From the human T2T-CHM13v2.0 reference genome, Homo sapiens: DNA of 64,000 bases. The stretch lies in assembly GCF_009914755.1 (NCBI RefSeq), contig NC_060925.1; one strand, 5' to 3'. This document shows, in pieces, positions 1-13,300 of the stretch. The notes under the pieces are model-generated. The model searched no databases and had not been told where the DNA came from. It was given only the letters and a program-made list of their open reading frames with translations. How positions within the stretch are numbered: position 1 is the first letter of the stretch; the number at the start of each line of letters is the position of its first letter. Position numbers and translations under genes: made by a program.

Positions 1-1200
1 CGAATGGAATCAACATCAAATGGAATCAAATGGAATCATTGAACGGAATTGAATGGAATCGTCATCGAATGAATTGACTGCAATCATCCAATGGTCTCGA
101 ATGGAATCATCTTCAAATGGAATGGAATGGAATCATCGCATAGAATCGAATGGAATTATCATCGAATGGAATCGAATGGAATCAACATCCAACGGAAAAA
201 AACGGAATTATCGAATGGAATTGAAGAGAATCATCGAATGGACCCGAATGGAATCATGTAATGGAATGGAATGGAATAATCCATGGACTCGAATGCAATC
301 ATCATCGAATGGAATCGAATGGAATCATCGAATGGACTCGAATGGAATAATCATTGAACGGAATCGAATGGAATCATCATCGGATGGAAATGAATGGAAT
401 CATCATCGAATGGAATCGAATAGAATTATGGAATGAAATCCAGTGTGATCATCATCGAATGGACCCGAATGGAATCATCATCCAACGGAAGCTAATGGAA
501 TCAACATCGAATGAATCAAATGGAAACACCATCGAATTGAAACGAATGGAATTATCATGAAATTGAAATGGATGGACTCATCGTCGAATGGATTCGAATG
601 GAATCATCGAATAAAATTGATTGAAATCATCATCGAATGGAATCGAATGGTATCATTGAATGGAATCGAATGGAATCATCATCAGATGGAAATGAATGGA
701 ATCGTCATAGAATGGAATCCAATGGATTTATTGAATGGAATCAGATGGAATCATCGAATGGACTGGAATGGAATCATTGAATGGACTCGAAAGGGATCAT
801 GATTGAATGGAATTGAATGGAATCATCGAATGGTCTCGATTGGAATCATTATCAAATGGAATCGAATGGAATCACCGAATAGAATCGAATGGAACAATCA
901 TCGAATGGACTCAAATGGAATTATCCTCAAATGGAATCGAATGGAATTATCAAATGCAATCGAATGGAATTATCGAATGCAATCGAATAGAATCATCGAA
1001 TGGACTCGAATGGAATCATCGAATGGAATGGAATGGAACAGTCAATGAACTCGAATGGAATCATCATTGAATGGAATCGAATGGAATCATCGAGTGGAAT
1101 CGAATGGAATTATGATCAAATGGAATCGAATGTAATCATCATCAAATGGAATCAAAAATAACCATCATCAATTGGTATTGAATGGAATTGTCATCAAATG

Positions 1201-2976
1201 GAATTCAAAGGAATCATCATCAAATGGAACCGAATGGAATCCTCATTGAATGGAAATGAAAGGGGTCATCATCTAATGGAATCGCATGGAATCATCATAA
1301 AATGGAATCGAATGAAATCAACATCAAATGGAATCAAATGGAATCATTGAACGGAATTGAATGGAATCGTCATCGAATGAATTGGATGCAATCATCGAAT
1401 GGTCTCGAATGGAATCTTCTTCAAATGGAATGGAATGGAATCATCGCATAGAATCGAATGGAATTATCATCGAATTTAATGGAATGGAATCAACATCAAA
1501 CGGAAAAAAACGGAATTATCGAATGGAATCGAAGAGAATCATCGAATGGACCCGAATGGAATCATCTAATGGAATGGAATGGAATAATCCATGGACTCGA
1601 ATGCAATCATCATCGAATGGAATCGAATGGAATCATCGAATGGAGTCGAATGGAATAATCATTGAACGGAATCGATTGGAATCATCATCGGATGGAAACG
1701 AATGGAATCATCATCGAATGGAAATGAAAGGAGTCATCATCTAATGGAATTGCATGGAATCATCATAAAATGGAATCGAATGGAATCAACATCAAATGGA
1801 ATCAAATGGAATCATTGAACGGAATTGAATGGAATCGTCATCGAATGAATTGACTGCAATCATCCAATGGTCTCGAATGGAATCATCTTCAAATGGAATG
1901 GAATGGAATCATCGCATAGAATCGAATGGAATTATCATCGAATGGAATCGAATGGAATCAACATCCAACGGAAAAAAACGGAATTATCGAATGGAATCGA
2001 AGAGAATCATCGAATGGACCCGAATGGAATCATCTAATGGAATGGAATGGAATAATCCATGGACTCGAATGCAATCATCATCGAATGGAATCGAATGGAA
2101 TCATCGAATGGACTCGAATGGAATAATCATTGAACGGAATCGAATGGAATCATCATCGGATGGAAATGAATGGAATCATCATCGAATGGAATCGAATACA
2201 ATTATGGAATGAAATCCAGTGTGATCATCATCGAATGGACCCGAATGGAATCATCATCCAACGGAAGCTAATGGAATCAACATCGAATGAATCAAATGGA
2301 AACACCATCGAATTGAAACGAATGGAATTATCATGAAATTGAAATGGATGGACTCATCATCGAATGGATTCGAAAGGAATCATCGAATAAAATTGATTGA
2401 AATCATCATCGAATGGAATCGAATGGTATCATTGAATGGAATCGAATGGAATCATCATCAGATGGAAATGAATGGAATCGTCATAGAATGGAATCGAATG
2501 GATTCATTGAATGGAATCAGATGGAATCATCGAATGGACTGGAATGGAATCATTGAATGGACTCGAAAGGGATCATGATTGAATGGAATTGAATGGAATC
2601 ATCGAATGGTCTCGATTGGAATCATTATCAAATGGAATCGAATGGAATCACCGAATAGAATCGAATGGAACAATCATCGAATGGACTCAAATGGAATTAT
2701 CCTCAAATGGAATCGAATGGAATTATCGAATGCAATCGATTGGAATTATCGAATGCAATCGAATAGAATGATCGAATGGACTCGAATGGAATCATTGAAT
2801 GGAATGGAATGGAACAGTCAATGAACTCGAATGGAATCATCATTGAATGGAATCGAATGGAATCATCGAGTGGAATCGAATGGAATTATGATCAAATGGA
2901 ATCGAATGTAATCATCATCAAATGGAATCAAAAATAACCATCATCAATTGGTATTGAATGGAATTGTCATCAAATG
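1201..2976 (+). repeat. Representative 1776-bp unit, EcoRI to EcoRI
   Basis: GAATTC in the context ggaattcaaagg at 1201, 2977 and 4753, spaced 1776 bp apart. Confidence 0.95.
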
Positions 2977-3023
2977 GAATTCAAAGGAATCAATATCAAA
3001 TGGAACCGAATGGAATCCTCATT

Positions 3024-3959
3024 GAATGGAAATGAAAGGGGTCATCATCTAATGGAATCGCATGGAATCATCATCAAATGGAATCGAATGGAATCATCAT
3101 CAAATGGAATCTAATGGAATCATTGAACAGAATTGAATGGAATCGTCATCGAATGAATTGAATGCAATCATCGAATGGTCTCGAATGGAATCATCTTCTA
3201 ATGGAAAGGAATGGAATCATCGCATAGAATCGAATGGAATTATCATCGAATGGAATCGAATGGTATCAACACCAAACGGAAAAAAACGGAATTATCGAAT
3301 GGAATCGAAGAGAATCTTCGAACGGACCCGAATGGAATCATCTAATGGAATGGAATGGAATAATCCATGGACTCGAATGCAATCATCAACGAATGGAATC
3401 GAAGGGAATCATCGAATGGACTCGAATGGAATAATCATTGAACGGAATCGAATGGAATCATCATCGGATGGAAACGAATGGAATCATCATCGAATGGAAA
3501 TGAAAGGAGTCATCATCTAATGGAATTGCATGGAATCATCATAAAATGGAATCGAATGGAATCAACATCAAATGGAATCAAATGGAATCATTGAACGGAA
3601 TTGAATGGAATCGTCATCGAATGAATTGACTGCAATCATCGAATGGTCTCGAATGGAATCATCTTCAAATGGAATGGAATGGAATCATCGCATAGAATCG
3701 AATGGAATTATCATCGAATGGAATCGAATGGAATCAACATCAAACGGAAAAAAACGGAATTATCGAATGGAATCGAAGAGAATCATCGAATGGACCCGAA
3801 TGGAATCATCTAATGGAATGGAATGGAATAATCCATGGACTCGAATGCAATCATCATCGAATGGAATCGAATGGAATCATCGAATGGACTCGAATGGAAT
3901 AATCATTGAACGGAATCGAATGGAATCATCATCGGATGGAAATGAATGGAATCATCATC
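3024..3959 (+). repeat. Internal 468-bp direct duplication within each unit (copy B 3024-3491, copy A 3492-3959)
   Basis: gaatggaaatgaaagg(g/a)gtcatc at 3024 and 3492. Paired ORFs 3137 and 3605 are 468 bp apart. About 14 diagnostic differences by eye (e.g. aacag/aacgg, gaatgca/gactgca, aaagg/aatgg, ggtatc/ggaatc, atcttcgaac/atcatcgaat). Confidence 0.93.
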
Positions 3960-5265
3960 GAATGGAATCGAATAGAATTATGGAATGAAATCCAGTGTGA
4001 TCATCATCGAATGGACCCGAATGGAATCATCATCCAACGGAAGCTAATGGAATCAACATCGAATGAATCGAATGGAAACACCATCGAATTGAAACGAATG
4101 GAATTATCATGAAATTGAAATGGATGGACTCATCATCGAATGGATTCGAATGGAATCATCGAATAAAATTGATTGAAATCATCATCGAATGGAATCGAAT
4201 GGTATCATTGAATGGAATCGAATGGAATCATCATCAGATGGAAATGAATGGAATCGTCATAGAATGGAATCGAATGGATTCATTGAATGGAATCAGATGG
4301 AATCATCGAATGGACTGGAATGGAATCATTGAATGGACTCGAAAGGGATCATGATTGAATGGAATTGAATGGAATCATCGAATGGTCTCGATTGGAATCA
4401 TTATCAAATGGAATCGAATGGAATCACCGAATAGAATCGAATGGAACAATCATCGAATGGACTCAAATGGAATTATCCTCAAATGGAATCGAATGGAATT
4501 ATCGAATGCAATCGAATGGAATTATCGAATGCAATCGAATAGAATCATCGAATGGACTCGAATGGAATCATCGAATGGAATGGAATGGAACAGTCAATGA
4601 ACACGAATGGAATCATCATTGAATGGAATCGAATGGAATCATCGAGTGGAATCGAATGGAATTATGATCAAATGGAATCGAATGTAATCATCATCAAATG
4701 GAATCAAAAATAACCATCATCAATTGCTATTGAATGGAATTGTCATCAAATGGAATTCAAAGGAATCATCATCAAATGGAACCGAATGGAATCCTCATTG
4801 AATGGAAATGAAAGGGGTCATCATCTAATGGAATCGCATGGAATCATCATCAAATGGAATCGAATGGAATCATCATCAAATGGAATCTAATGGAATCATT
4901 GAACAGAATTGAATGGAATCGTCATCGAATGAATTGAATGCAATCATCGAATGGTCTCGAATGGAATCATCTTCTAATGGAAAGGAATGGAATCATCGCA
5001 TAGAATCGAATGGAATTATCATCGAATGGAATCGAATGGTATCAACACCAAACGGAAAAAAACGGAATTATCGAATGGAATCGAAGAGAATCTTCGAACG
5101 GACCCGAATGGAATCATCTAATGGAATGGAATGGAATAATCCATGGACTCGAATGCAATCATCATCGAATGGAATCGAATGGAATCATCGAATGGACTCG
5201 AATGGAATAATCATTGAACGGAATCGAATGGAATCATCATCGGATGGAAACGAATGGAATCATCG

Positions 5266-5935
5266 AATGAACTCGAATGGAATCATCATTGAATGGAATC
5301 GAATGGAATCATCGAGTGGAATCGAATGGAATTATGATCAAATGGAATCGAATCTAATCATCATCAAATGGAATCAAAAATAACCATCATCAATTGGTAT
5401 TGAATGGAATTGTCATCAAATGGAATTCAAAGGAATCATCATCAAATGGAACCGAATGGAATCCTCATTGAATGGAAATGAAAGGGGTCATCATCTAATG
5501 GAATCGCATGGAATCATCATCAAATGGAATCGAATGGAATCATCATCAAATGGAATCTAATGGAATCATTGAACAGAATTGAATGGAATCGTCATCGAAT
5601 GAATTGAATGCAATCATCGAATGGTCTCGAATGGAATCATCTTCTAATGGAAAGGAATGGAATCATCGCATAGAATCGAATGGAATTATCATCGAATGGA
5701 ATCGAATGGTATCAACACCAAACGGAAAAAAACGGAATTATCGAATGGAATCGAAGAGAATCTTCGAACGGACCCGAATGGAATCATCTAATGGAATGGA
5801 ATGGAATAATCCATGGACTCGAATGCAATCATCATCGAATGGAATGGAATGGAATCATCGAATGGACTCGAATGGAATAATCATTGAACGGAATCGAATG
5901 GAATCATCATCGGATGGAAACGAATGGAATCATCA
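5266..5935 (+). repeat. 670-bp truncated unit (extra partial copy, equivalent to a 1106-bp deletion)
   Basis: B-block starts at 4913 and 5583 and EcoRI sites at 4753 and 5423 are both 670 bp apart. Junction ...aacgaatggaatcatcg|aatgaactcg... at about 5265. Confidence 0.9.
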
Positions 5936-8900
5936 TCGAATGGAAATGAAAGGAGTCATCATCTAATGGAATTGCATTGAATCATCATAAAATGGAATCG
6001 AATGGAATCAACATCAAATGGAATCAAATGGAATCATTGAATGGAATTGAATGGAATCGTCATCGAATGAATTGACTGCAATCATCGAATGGTCTCGAAT
6101 GGAATCATCTTCAAATGGAATGGAATGGAATCATCGCATAGAATCGAATGGAATTATCATCGAATGGAATCGAATGGAATCAACATCAAACGGAAAAAAA
6201 CAGAATTATCGTATGGAATCGAAGAGAATCATCGAGTGGACCCGAATGGAATCATCTAATGGAATGGAATGGAATAATCCATGGACTCGAATGCAATCAT
6301 CATCGAATGGAATCGAATGGAATCATCGAATGGACTCGAATGGAATAATCATTGAACGGAATCGAATGGAATCATCATCGGATGGAAATGAATGGAATCA
6401 TCATCGAATGGAATCGAATAGAATTATGGAATGAAATCCAGTGTGATCATCATCGAATGGACCCGAATTGAATCATCATCCAACGGAAGCTAATGGAATC
6501 AACATCGAATGAATCGAATGGAAACACCATCGAATTGAAACGAATGGAATTATCATGAAATTGAAATGGATGGACTCATCATCGAATGGATTCGAATGGA
6601 ATCATCGAATAAAATTGATTGAAATCATCATCCAATGGAATCGAATGGTATCATTGAATGGAATCGAATGGAATCATCATCAGATGGAAATGAATGGAAT
6701 CGTCATAGAATGGAATCGAATGGATTCATTGAATGGAATCAGATGGAATCATCGAATGGAATGGAATGGAATCATTGAATGGACTCGAAAGGGATCATGA
6801 TTGAATGGAATTGAATGGAATCATCGAATGGTCTCGATTGGAATCATTATCAAATGGAATCGAATGGAATCATCGAATAGAATCGAATGGAACAATCATC
6901 GAATGGACTCAAATGGAATTATCCTCAAATGGAATCGAATGGAATTATCGAATGCAATCGAATGGAATTATCGAATGCAATCGAATAGAATCATCGAATG
7001 GACTCGAATGGAATCATCGAATGGAATGGAATGGAACAGTCAATGAACACGAATGGAATCATCATTGAATGGAATCTAATGGAATCATCGAGTGGAATCG
7101 AATGGAATTATGATCAAATGGAATCGAATGTAATCATCATCAAATGGAATCAAAAATAACGATCATCAATTGCTATTGAATGGAATTGTCATCAAATGGA
7201 ATTCAAAGGAATCATCATCAAATGGAACCGAATGGAATCCTCATTGAATGGAAATGAAAGGGGTCATCATCTAATGGAATCGCATGGAATCATCATCAAA
7301 TGGAATCGAATGGAATCATCATCAAATGGAATCTAATGGAATCATTGAACAGAATTGAATGGAATCGTCATCGAATGAATTGAATGCAATCATCGAATGG
7401 TCTCGAATGGAATCATCTTCTAATGGAAAGGAATGGAATCATCGCATAGAATTGAATGGAATTATCATCGAATGGAATCGAATGGTATCAACACCAAACG
7501 GAAAAAAACGGAATTATCGAATGGAATCGAAGAGAATCTTCGAACGGACCCGAATGGAATCATCTAATGGAATGGAATGGAATAATCCATGGACTCGAAT
7601 GCAATCATCATCGAATGGAATCGAATGGAATCATCGAATGGACTCGAATGGAATAATCATTGAACGGAATCGAATGGAATCATTATCAGATGGAAACGAA
7701 TGGAATCATCATCGAATGGAAATGAAAGGAGTCATCATCTAATGGAATTGCATGGAATCATCATAAAATGGAATCGAATGGAATCAACATCAAATGGAAT
7801 CAAATGGAATCATTGAACGGAATTGAATGGAATCGTCATCGAATGAATTGACTGCAATCATCGAATGGTCTCGAATGGAATCATCTTCAAATGGAATGGA
7901 ATGGAATCATCGCATAGAATCGAATGGAATTATCATCGAATAGAATCGAATGGAATCAACATCAAACGGAAAAAAACGGAATTATCGTATGGAATCGAAG
8001 AGAATCATCGAATGGACCCGAATGGAATCATGTAATGGAATGGAATGGAATAATCCATGGACTCGAATGCAATCATCATCGAATGGATTCGAATGGAATC
8101 ATCGAATGGACTCGAATGGAATAATCATTGAACGGAATAGAATGGAATCATCATCGGATGGAAATGAATGGAATCATCATCGAATGGAATCGAATAGAAT
8201 TATGGAATGAAATCCAGTGTGATCATCATCGAATGGACCCGAATGGAATCATCATCCAACGGAAGCTAATGGAATCAACATCGAATGAATCGAATGGAAA
8301 CACCATCGAATTGAAACGAATGGAATTATCATGAAATTGAAATGGATGGACTCATCATCGAATGGATTCGAATGGAATCATCGAATAAAATTGATTGAAA
8401 TCATCATCGAATGGAATCGAATGGTATCATTGAATGGAATCGAATGGAATCATCATCAGATGGAAATGAATGGAATCGTCATAGAATGGAATCGAATGGA
8501 TTCATTGAATGGAATCAGATGGAATCATCGAATGGACTGGAATGGAATCATTGAATGGACTCGAAAGGGATCATGATTGAATGGAATTGAATGGAATCAT
8601 CGAATGGTCTCGATTGGAATCATTATCAAATGGAATCGAATGGAATCACCGAATAGAATCGAATGGAACAATCATCGAATGGACTCAAATGGAATTATCC
8701 TCAAATGGAATCGAATGGAATTATCGAATGCAATCGAATGGAATTATCGAATGCAATCGAATAGAATCATCGAATGGACTCGAATGGAATCATCGAATGG
8801 AATGGAATGGAACAGTCAATGAACTCGAATGGAATCATCATTGAATGGAATCGAATGGAATCATCGAGTGGAACCGAATGGAATTATGATCAAATGGAAT

Positions 8901-9021
8901 CGAATGTAATCATCATCAAATGGAATCAAAAATAACCATCATCAATTGCTATTGAATGGAATTCTCATCAAATGGAATTCAAAGGAATCATCATCAAATG
9001 GAACCGAATGGAATCCTCATT

Positions 9022-10329
9022 GAATGGAAATGAAAGGGGTCATCATCTAATGGAATCGCAAGGAATCATCATAAAATGGAATCGAATGGAATCAACATCA
9101 AATGGAATCAAATGGAATCATTGAACGGAATTGAATGGAATCGTCATCGAATGAATTGACTACAATCACCGAATGGTCTCGAATGGAATCATCTTCAAAT
9201 GGAATGGAATGGAATCATCGCATAGAATCGAATGGAATTATCATCGAATGGAATCGAATGGTATCAACATCAAACGGAAAAAAACGGAATTATCGAATCG
9301 AATCGAAGAGAATCTTCGAACGGACCCGAATGGAATCATCTAATGGAATGGAATGGAATAATCCATAGACTCGAATGCAATCATCATCGAATGGAATCGA
9401 ATGGAATCATCGAATGGACTTGAATGGAATAATCATTGAACGGAATCGAATGGAATCATCATCGGATGGAAACGAATGGAATCATCATCGAATGGAATCG
9501 AATAGAATTATGGAATGAAATCCAGTGTCATCATCATCGAATGGACCCGAATGGAATCATCATCCAATGGAAGTTAATGGAATCAACATCGAATGAATCG
9601 AATGGAAACACCATCGAATTGAAACGAATGGAATTACCAAGAAAATGAAATGGATGGACTCATCATCGAATGGATTCGAATGGAATCATCGAATAAAATT
9701 GATTGAAATCATCATCCAATGGAATCGAATGGTATCATTGAATGGAATCGAATGGAATCATCATCAGATGGAAATGAATGGAATCGTCATAGAATGGAAT
9801 CGAATGGATTCATTGAATGGAATCAGATGGAATCATTGAATGGACTGGAATGGAATCTTTGAATGGACACGAAAGGGATCATTATTGAATGGAATTGAAT
9901 GGAATCATCGAATGGTCTCGATTGGAATCATTATCAAAAGGAATCGAATGGAATCACCGAATAGAATCGAATGGAACAATCATCGAATGGACTCAAATGG
10001 AATTATCCTCCAATGGAATGGAATGGAATTATCGAATGCAATCGAATGGAATTATCGAATGCAATCGAATAGAATCATCGAATGGACTCGAATGGAATCA
10101 TCGAATGGAATGGAATGGAACAGTCAATGAACTCGAATGGAATCATCATTGAATGGAATCGAATGGAATCATCGAGTGGAATCGAATGGAATTATGATCA
10201 AATGGAATCTAATGGAATCATCATCAAATGGAATCAAAAATAACCATCATCAATTGGTATTGAATGGAATTGTCATCAAATGGAATTCAAAGGAATCATC
10301 ATCAAATGGAACCGAATGGAATCCTCATT
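9022..10329 (+). repeat. Diverged 1308-bp unit with a single 468-bp block
   Basis: Block starts 7827, 9135 and 10443 are each 1308 apart. Many private substitutions (tacaatcacc, atccatagac, aagttaatgg, gaattaccaagaaaatg, ggaatctttgaatggacacg). Confidence 0.9.
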
Positions 10330-13300
10330 GAATGGAAATGAAAGGGGTCATCATCTAATGGAATCGCATGGAATCATCATCAAATGGAATCGAATGGAAT
10401 CATCATCAAATGGAATCTAATGGAATCATTGAACAGAATTGAATGGAATCATCATCGAATGAATTGAATGCAATCATCGAATGGTCTCGAATGGAATCAT
10501 CTTCTAATGGAAAGGAATGGAATCATCGCATAGAATCGAATGGAATTATCATCGAATGGAATCGAATGGTATCAACACCAAACGGAAAAAAACGGAATTA
10601 TCGAATGGAATCGAAGAGAATCTTCGAACGGACCCGAATGGAATCATCTAATGGAATGGAATGGAATAATCCATGGACTCGAATGCAATCATCATCGAAT
10701 GGAATCGAATGGAGTCATCGAATGGACTCGAATGGAATAATCATTGAACGGAATCGAATGGAATCATCATCGGATGGAAACGAATGGAATCATCATCGAA
10801 TGGAAATGAAAGGAGTCATCATCTAATGGAATTGCATGGAATCATCATAAAATGGAATCGAATGGAATCAACATCAAATGGAATCAAATGGAATCATTGA
10901 ACGGAATTGAATGGAATCGTCATCGAATGAATTGACTGCAATCATCGAATGGTCTCGAATGGAATCATCTTCAAATGGAATGGAATGGAATCATCGCATA
11001 GAATCGAATGGAATTATCATCGAATGGAATCGAATGGAATCAACATCAAACGGAAAAAAACAGAATTATCGTATGGAATCTAAGAGAATCATCGAATGGA
11101 CCCGAATGGAATCATCTAATGGAATGGAATGGAATAATCCATGGACTCGAATGCAATCATCATCGAATGGAATCGAATGGAATCATCGAATGGACTCGAA
11201 TGGAATAATCATTGAACGGAATCGAATGGAATCATCATCGGATGGAAATGAATGGAATCATCATCGAATGGAATCGAATAGAATTATGGAATGAAATCCA
11301 GTGTGATCATCATCGAATGGACCCGAATGGAATCATCATCCAACGGAAGCTAATGGAATCAACATCGAATGAATCGAATGGAAACACCATCGAATTGAAA
11401 CGAATGGAATTATCATGAAATTGAAATGGATGGACACATCATCGAATGGATTCGAATGGAATCATCGAATAAAATTGATTGAAATCATCATCAAATGGAA
11501 TCGAATGGTATCATTGAATGGAATCGAAGGGAATCATCATCAGATGGAAATGAATGGAATCGTCATAGAATGGAATCGAATGGATTCATTGAATGGAATC
11601 AGATGGAATCATCGAATGGACTGGAATGGAATCATTGAATGGACTCGAAAGGGATCATGATTGAATGGAATTGAATGGAATCATCGAATGGTCTCGATTG
11701 GAATCATTATCAAATGGAATCGAATGGAATCACCGAATAGAATCGAATGGAACAATCATCGAATGGACTCAAATGGAATTATCCTCAAATGGAATCGAAT
11801 GGAATTATCGAATGCAATCGAATGGAATTATCGAATGCAATCGAATAGAATCATCGAATGGACTCGAATGGAATCATCGAATGGAATGGAATGGAACAGT
11901 CAATGAACTCGAATGGAATCATCATTGAATGGAATCGAATGGAATCATCGAGTGGAATCGAATGGAATTATGATCAAATGGAATCGAATGTAATCATCAT
12001 CAAATGGAATCAAAAATAACCATCATCAATTGGTATTGAATGGAATTGTCATCAAATGGAATTCAAAGGAATCATCATCAAATGGAACCGAATGGAATCC
12101 TCATTGAATGGAAATGAAAGGGGTCATCATCTAATGGAATCGCATGGAATCATCATCAAATGGAATCGAATGGAATCATCATCAAATGGAATCTAATGGG
12201 ATCATTGAACAGAATTGAATGGAATCGTCATCGAATGAATTGAATGCAATCATCTAATGGTCTCGAATGGAATCATCTTCTAATGGAAAGGAATGGAATC
12301 ATCGCATAGAATCGAATGGAATTATCATCGAATGGAATCGAATGGTATCAACACCAAACGGAAAAAAACGGAATTATCGAATGGAATCGAAGAGAATCTT
12401 CGAACGGACCCGAATGGAATCATCTAATGGAATGGAATGGAATAATCCATGGACTCGAATGCAATCATCATCGAATGGAATCGAATGGAATCATCGAATG
12501 GACTCGAATGGAATAATCATTGAACGGAATCGAATGGAATCATCATTGGATGGAAATGAATGGAATCATCATCGAAGGGAAATGAAAGGAGTCATCATCT
12601 AATGGAATTGCATGGAATCATCATAAAATGGAATCGAATGGAATCAACATCAAATGGAATCAAATGGAATCATTGAACGGAATTGAATGGAATCGTCATC
12701 GAATGAATTGACTGCAATCATCGAATGGTCTCGAATGGAATCATCTTCAAATGGAATGGAATGGAATCATCGCATAGAATCGAATGGAATTATCATCGAA
12801 TGGAATCGAATGGAATCAACATCAAACGGAAAAAAACGGAATTATCGAATGGAATCGAAGAGAATCATCGAATGGACCCGAATGGAATCATCTAATGGAA
12901 TGGAATGGAATAATCCATGGACTCGAATGCAATCATCATCGAATGGAATCGAATGGAATCATCGAATGGACTCGAATGGAATAATCATTGAACGGAATCG
13001 AATGGAATCATCATCGGATGGAAATGAATGGAATCATCATCGAATGGAATCGAATAGAATTATGGAATGAAATCCAGTGTGATCATCATCGAATGGACCC
13101 GAATGGAATCATCATCCAACGGAAGCTAATGGAATCAACATCGAATGAATCGAATGGAAACACCATCGAATTGAAACGAATGGAATTATCATGAAATTGA
13201 AATGGATGGACTCATCATCGAATGGATTCGAATGGAATCATCGAATAAAATTGATTGAAATCATCATCGAATGGAATCGAATGGTATCATTGAATGGAAT

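Noticed and set aside
612-632. TGATT-GA-AATCA short inverted repeat once per unit, resembling a DUX4/homeodomain site
   Set aside because: It does not match the DUX4 consensus TAAYYYAATCA in spacing or sequence. A 5-bp arm palindrome is expected by chance, and binding cannot be supported from sequence alone.
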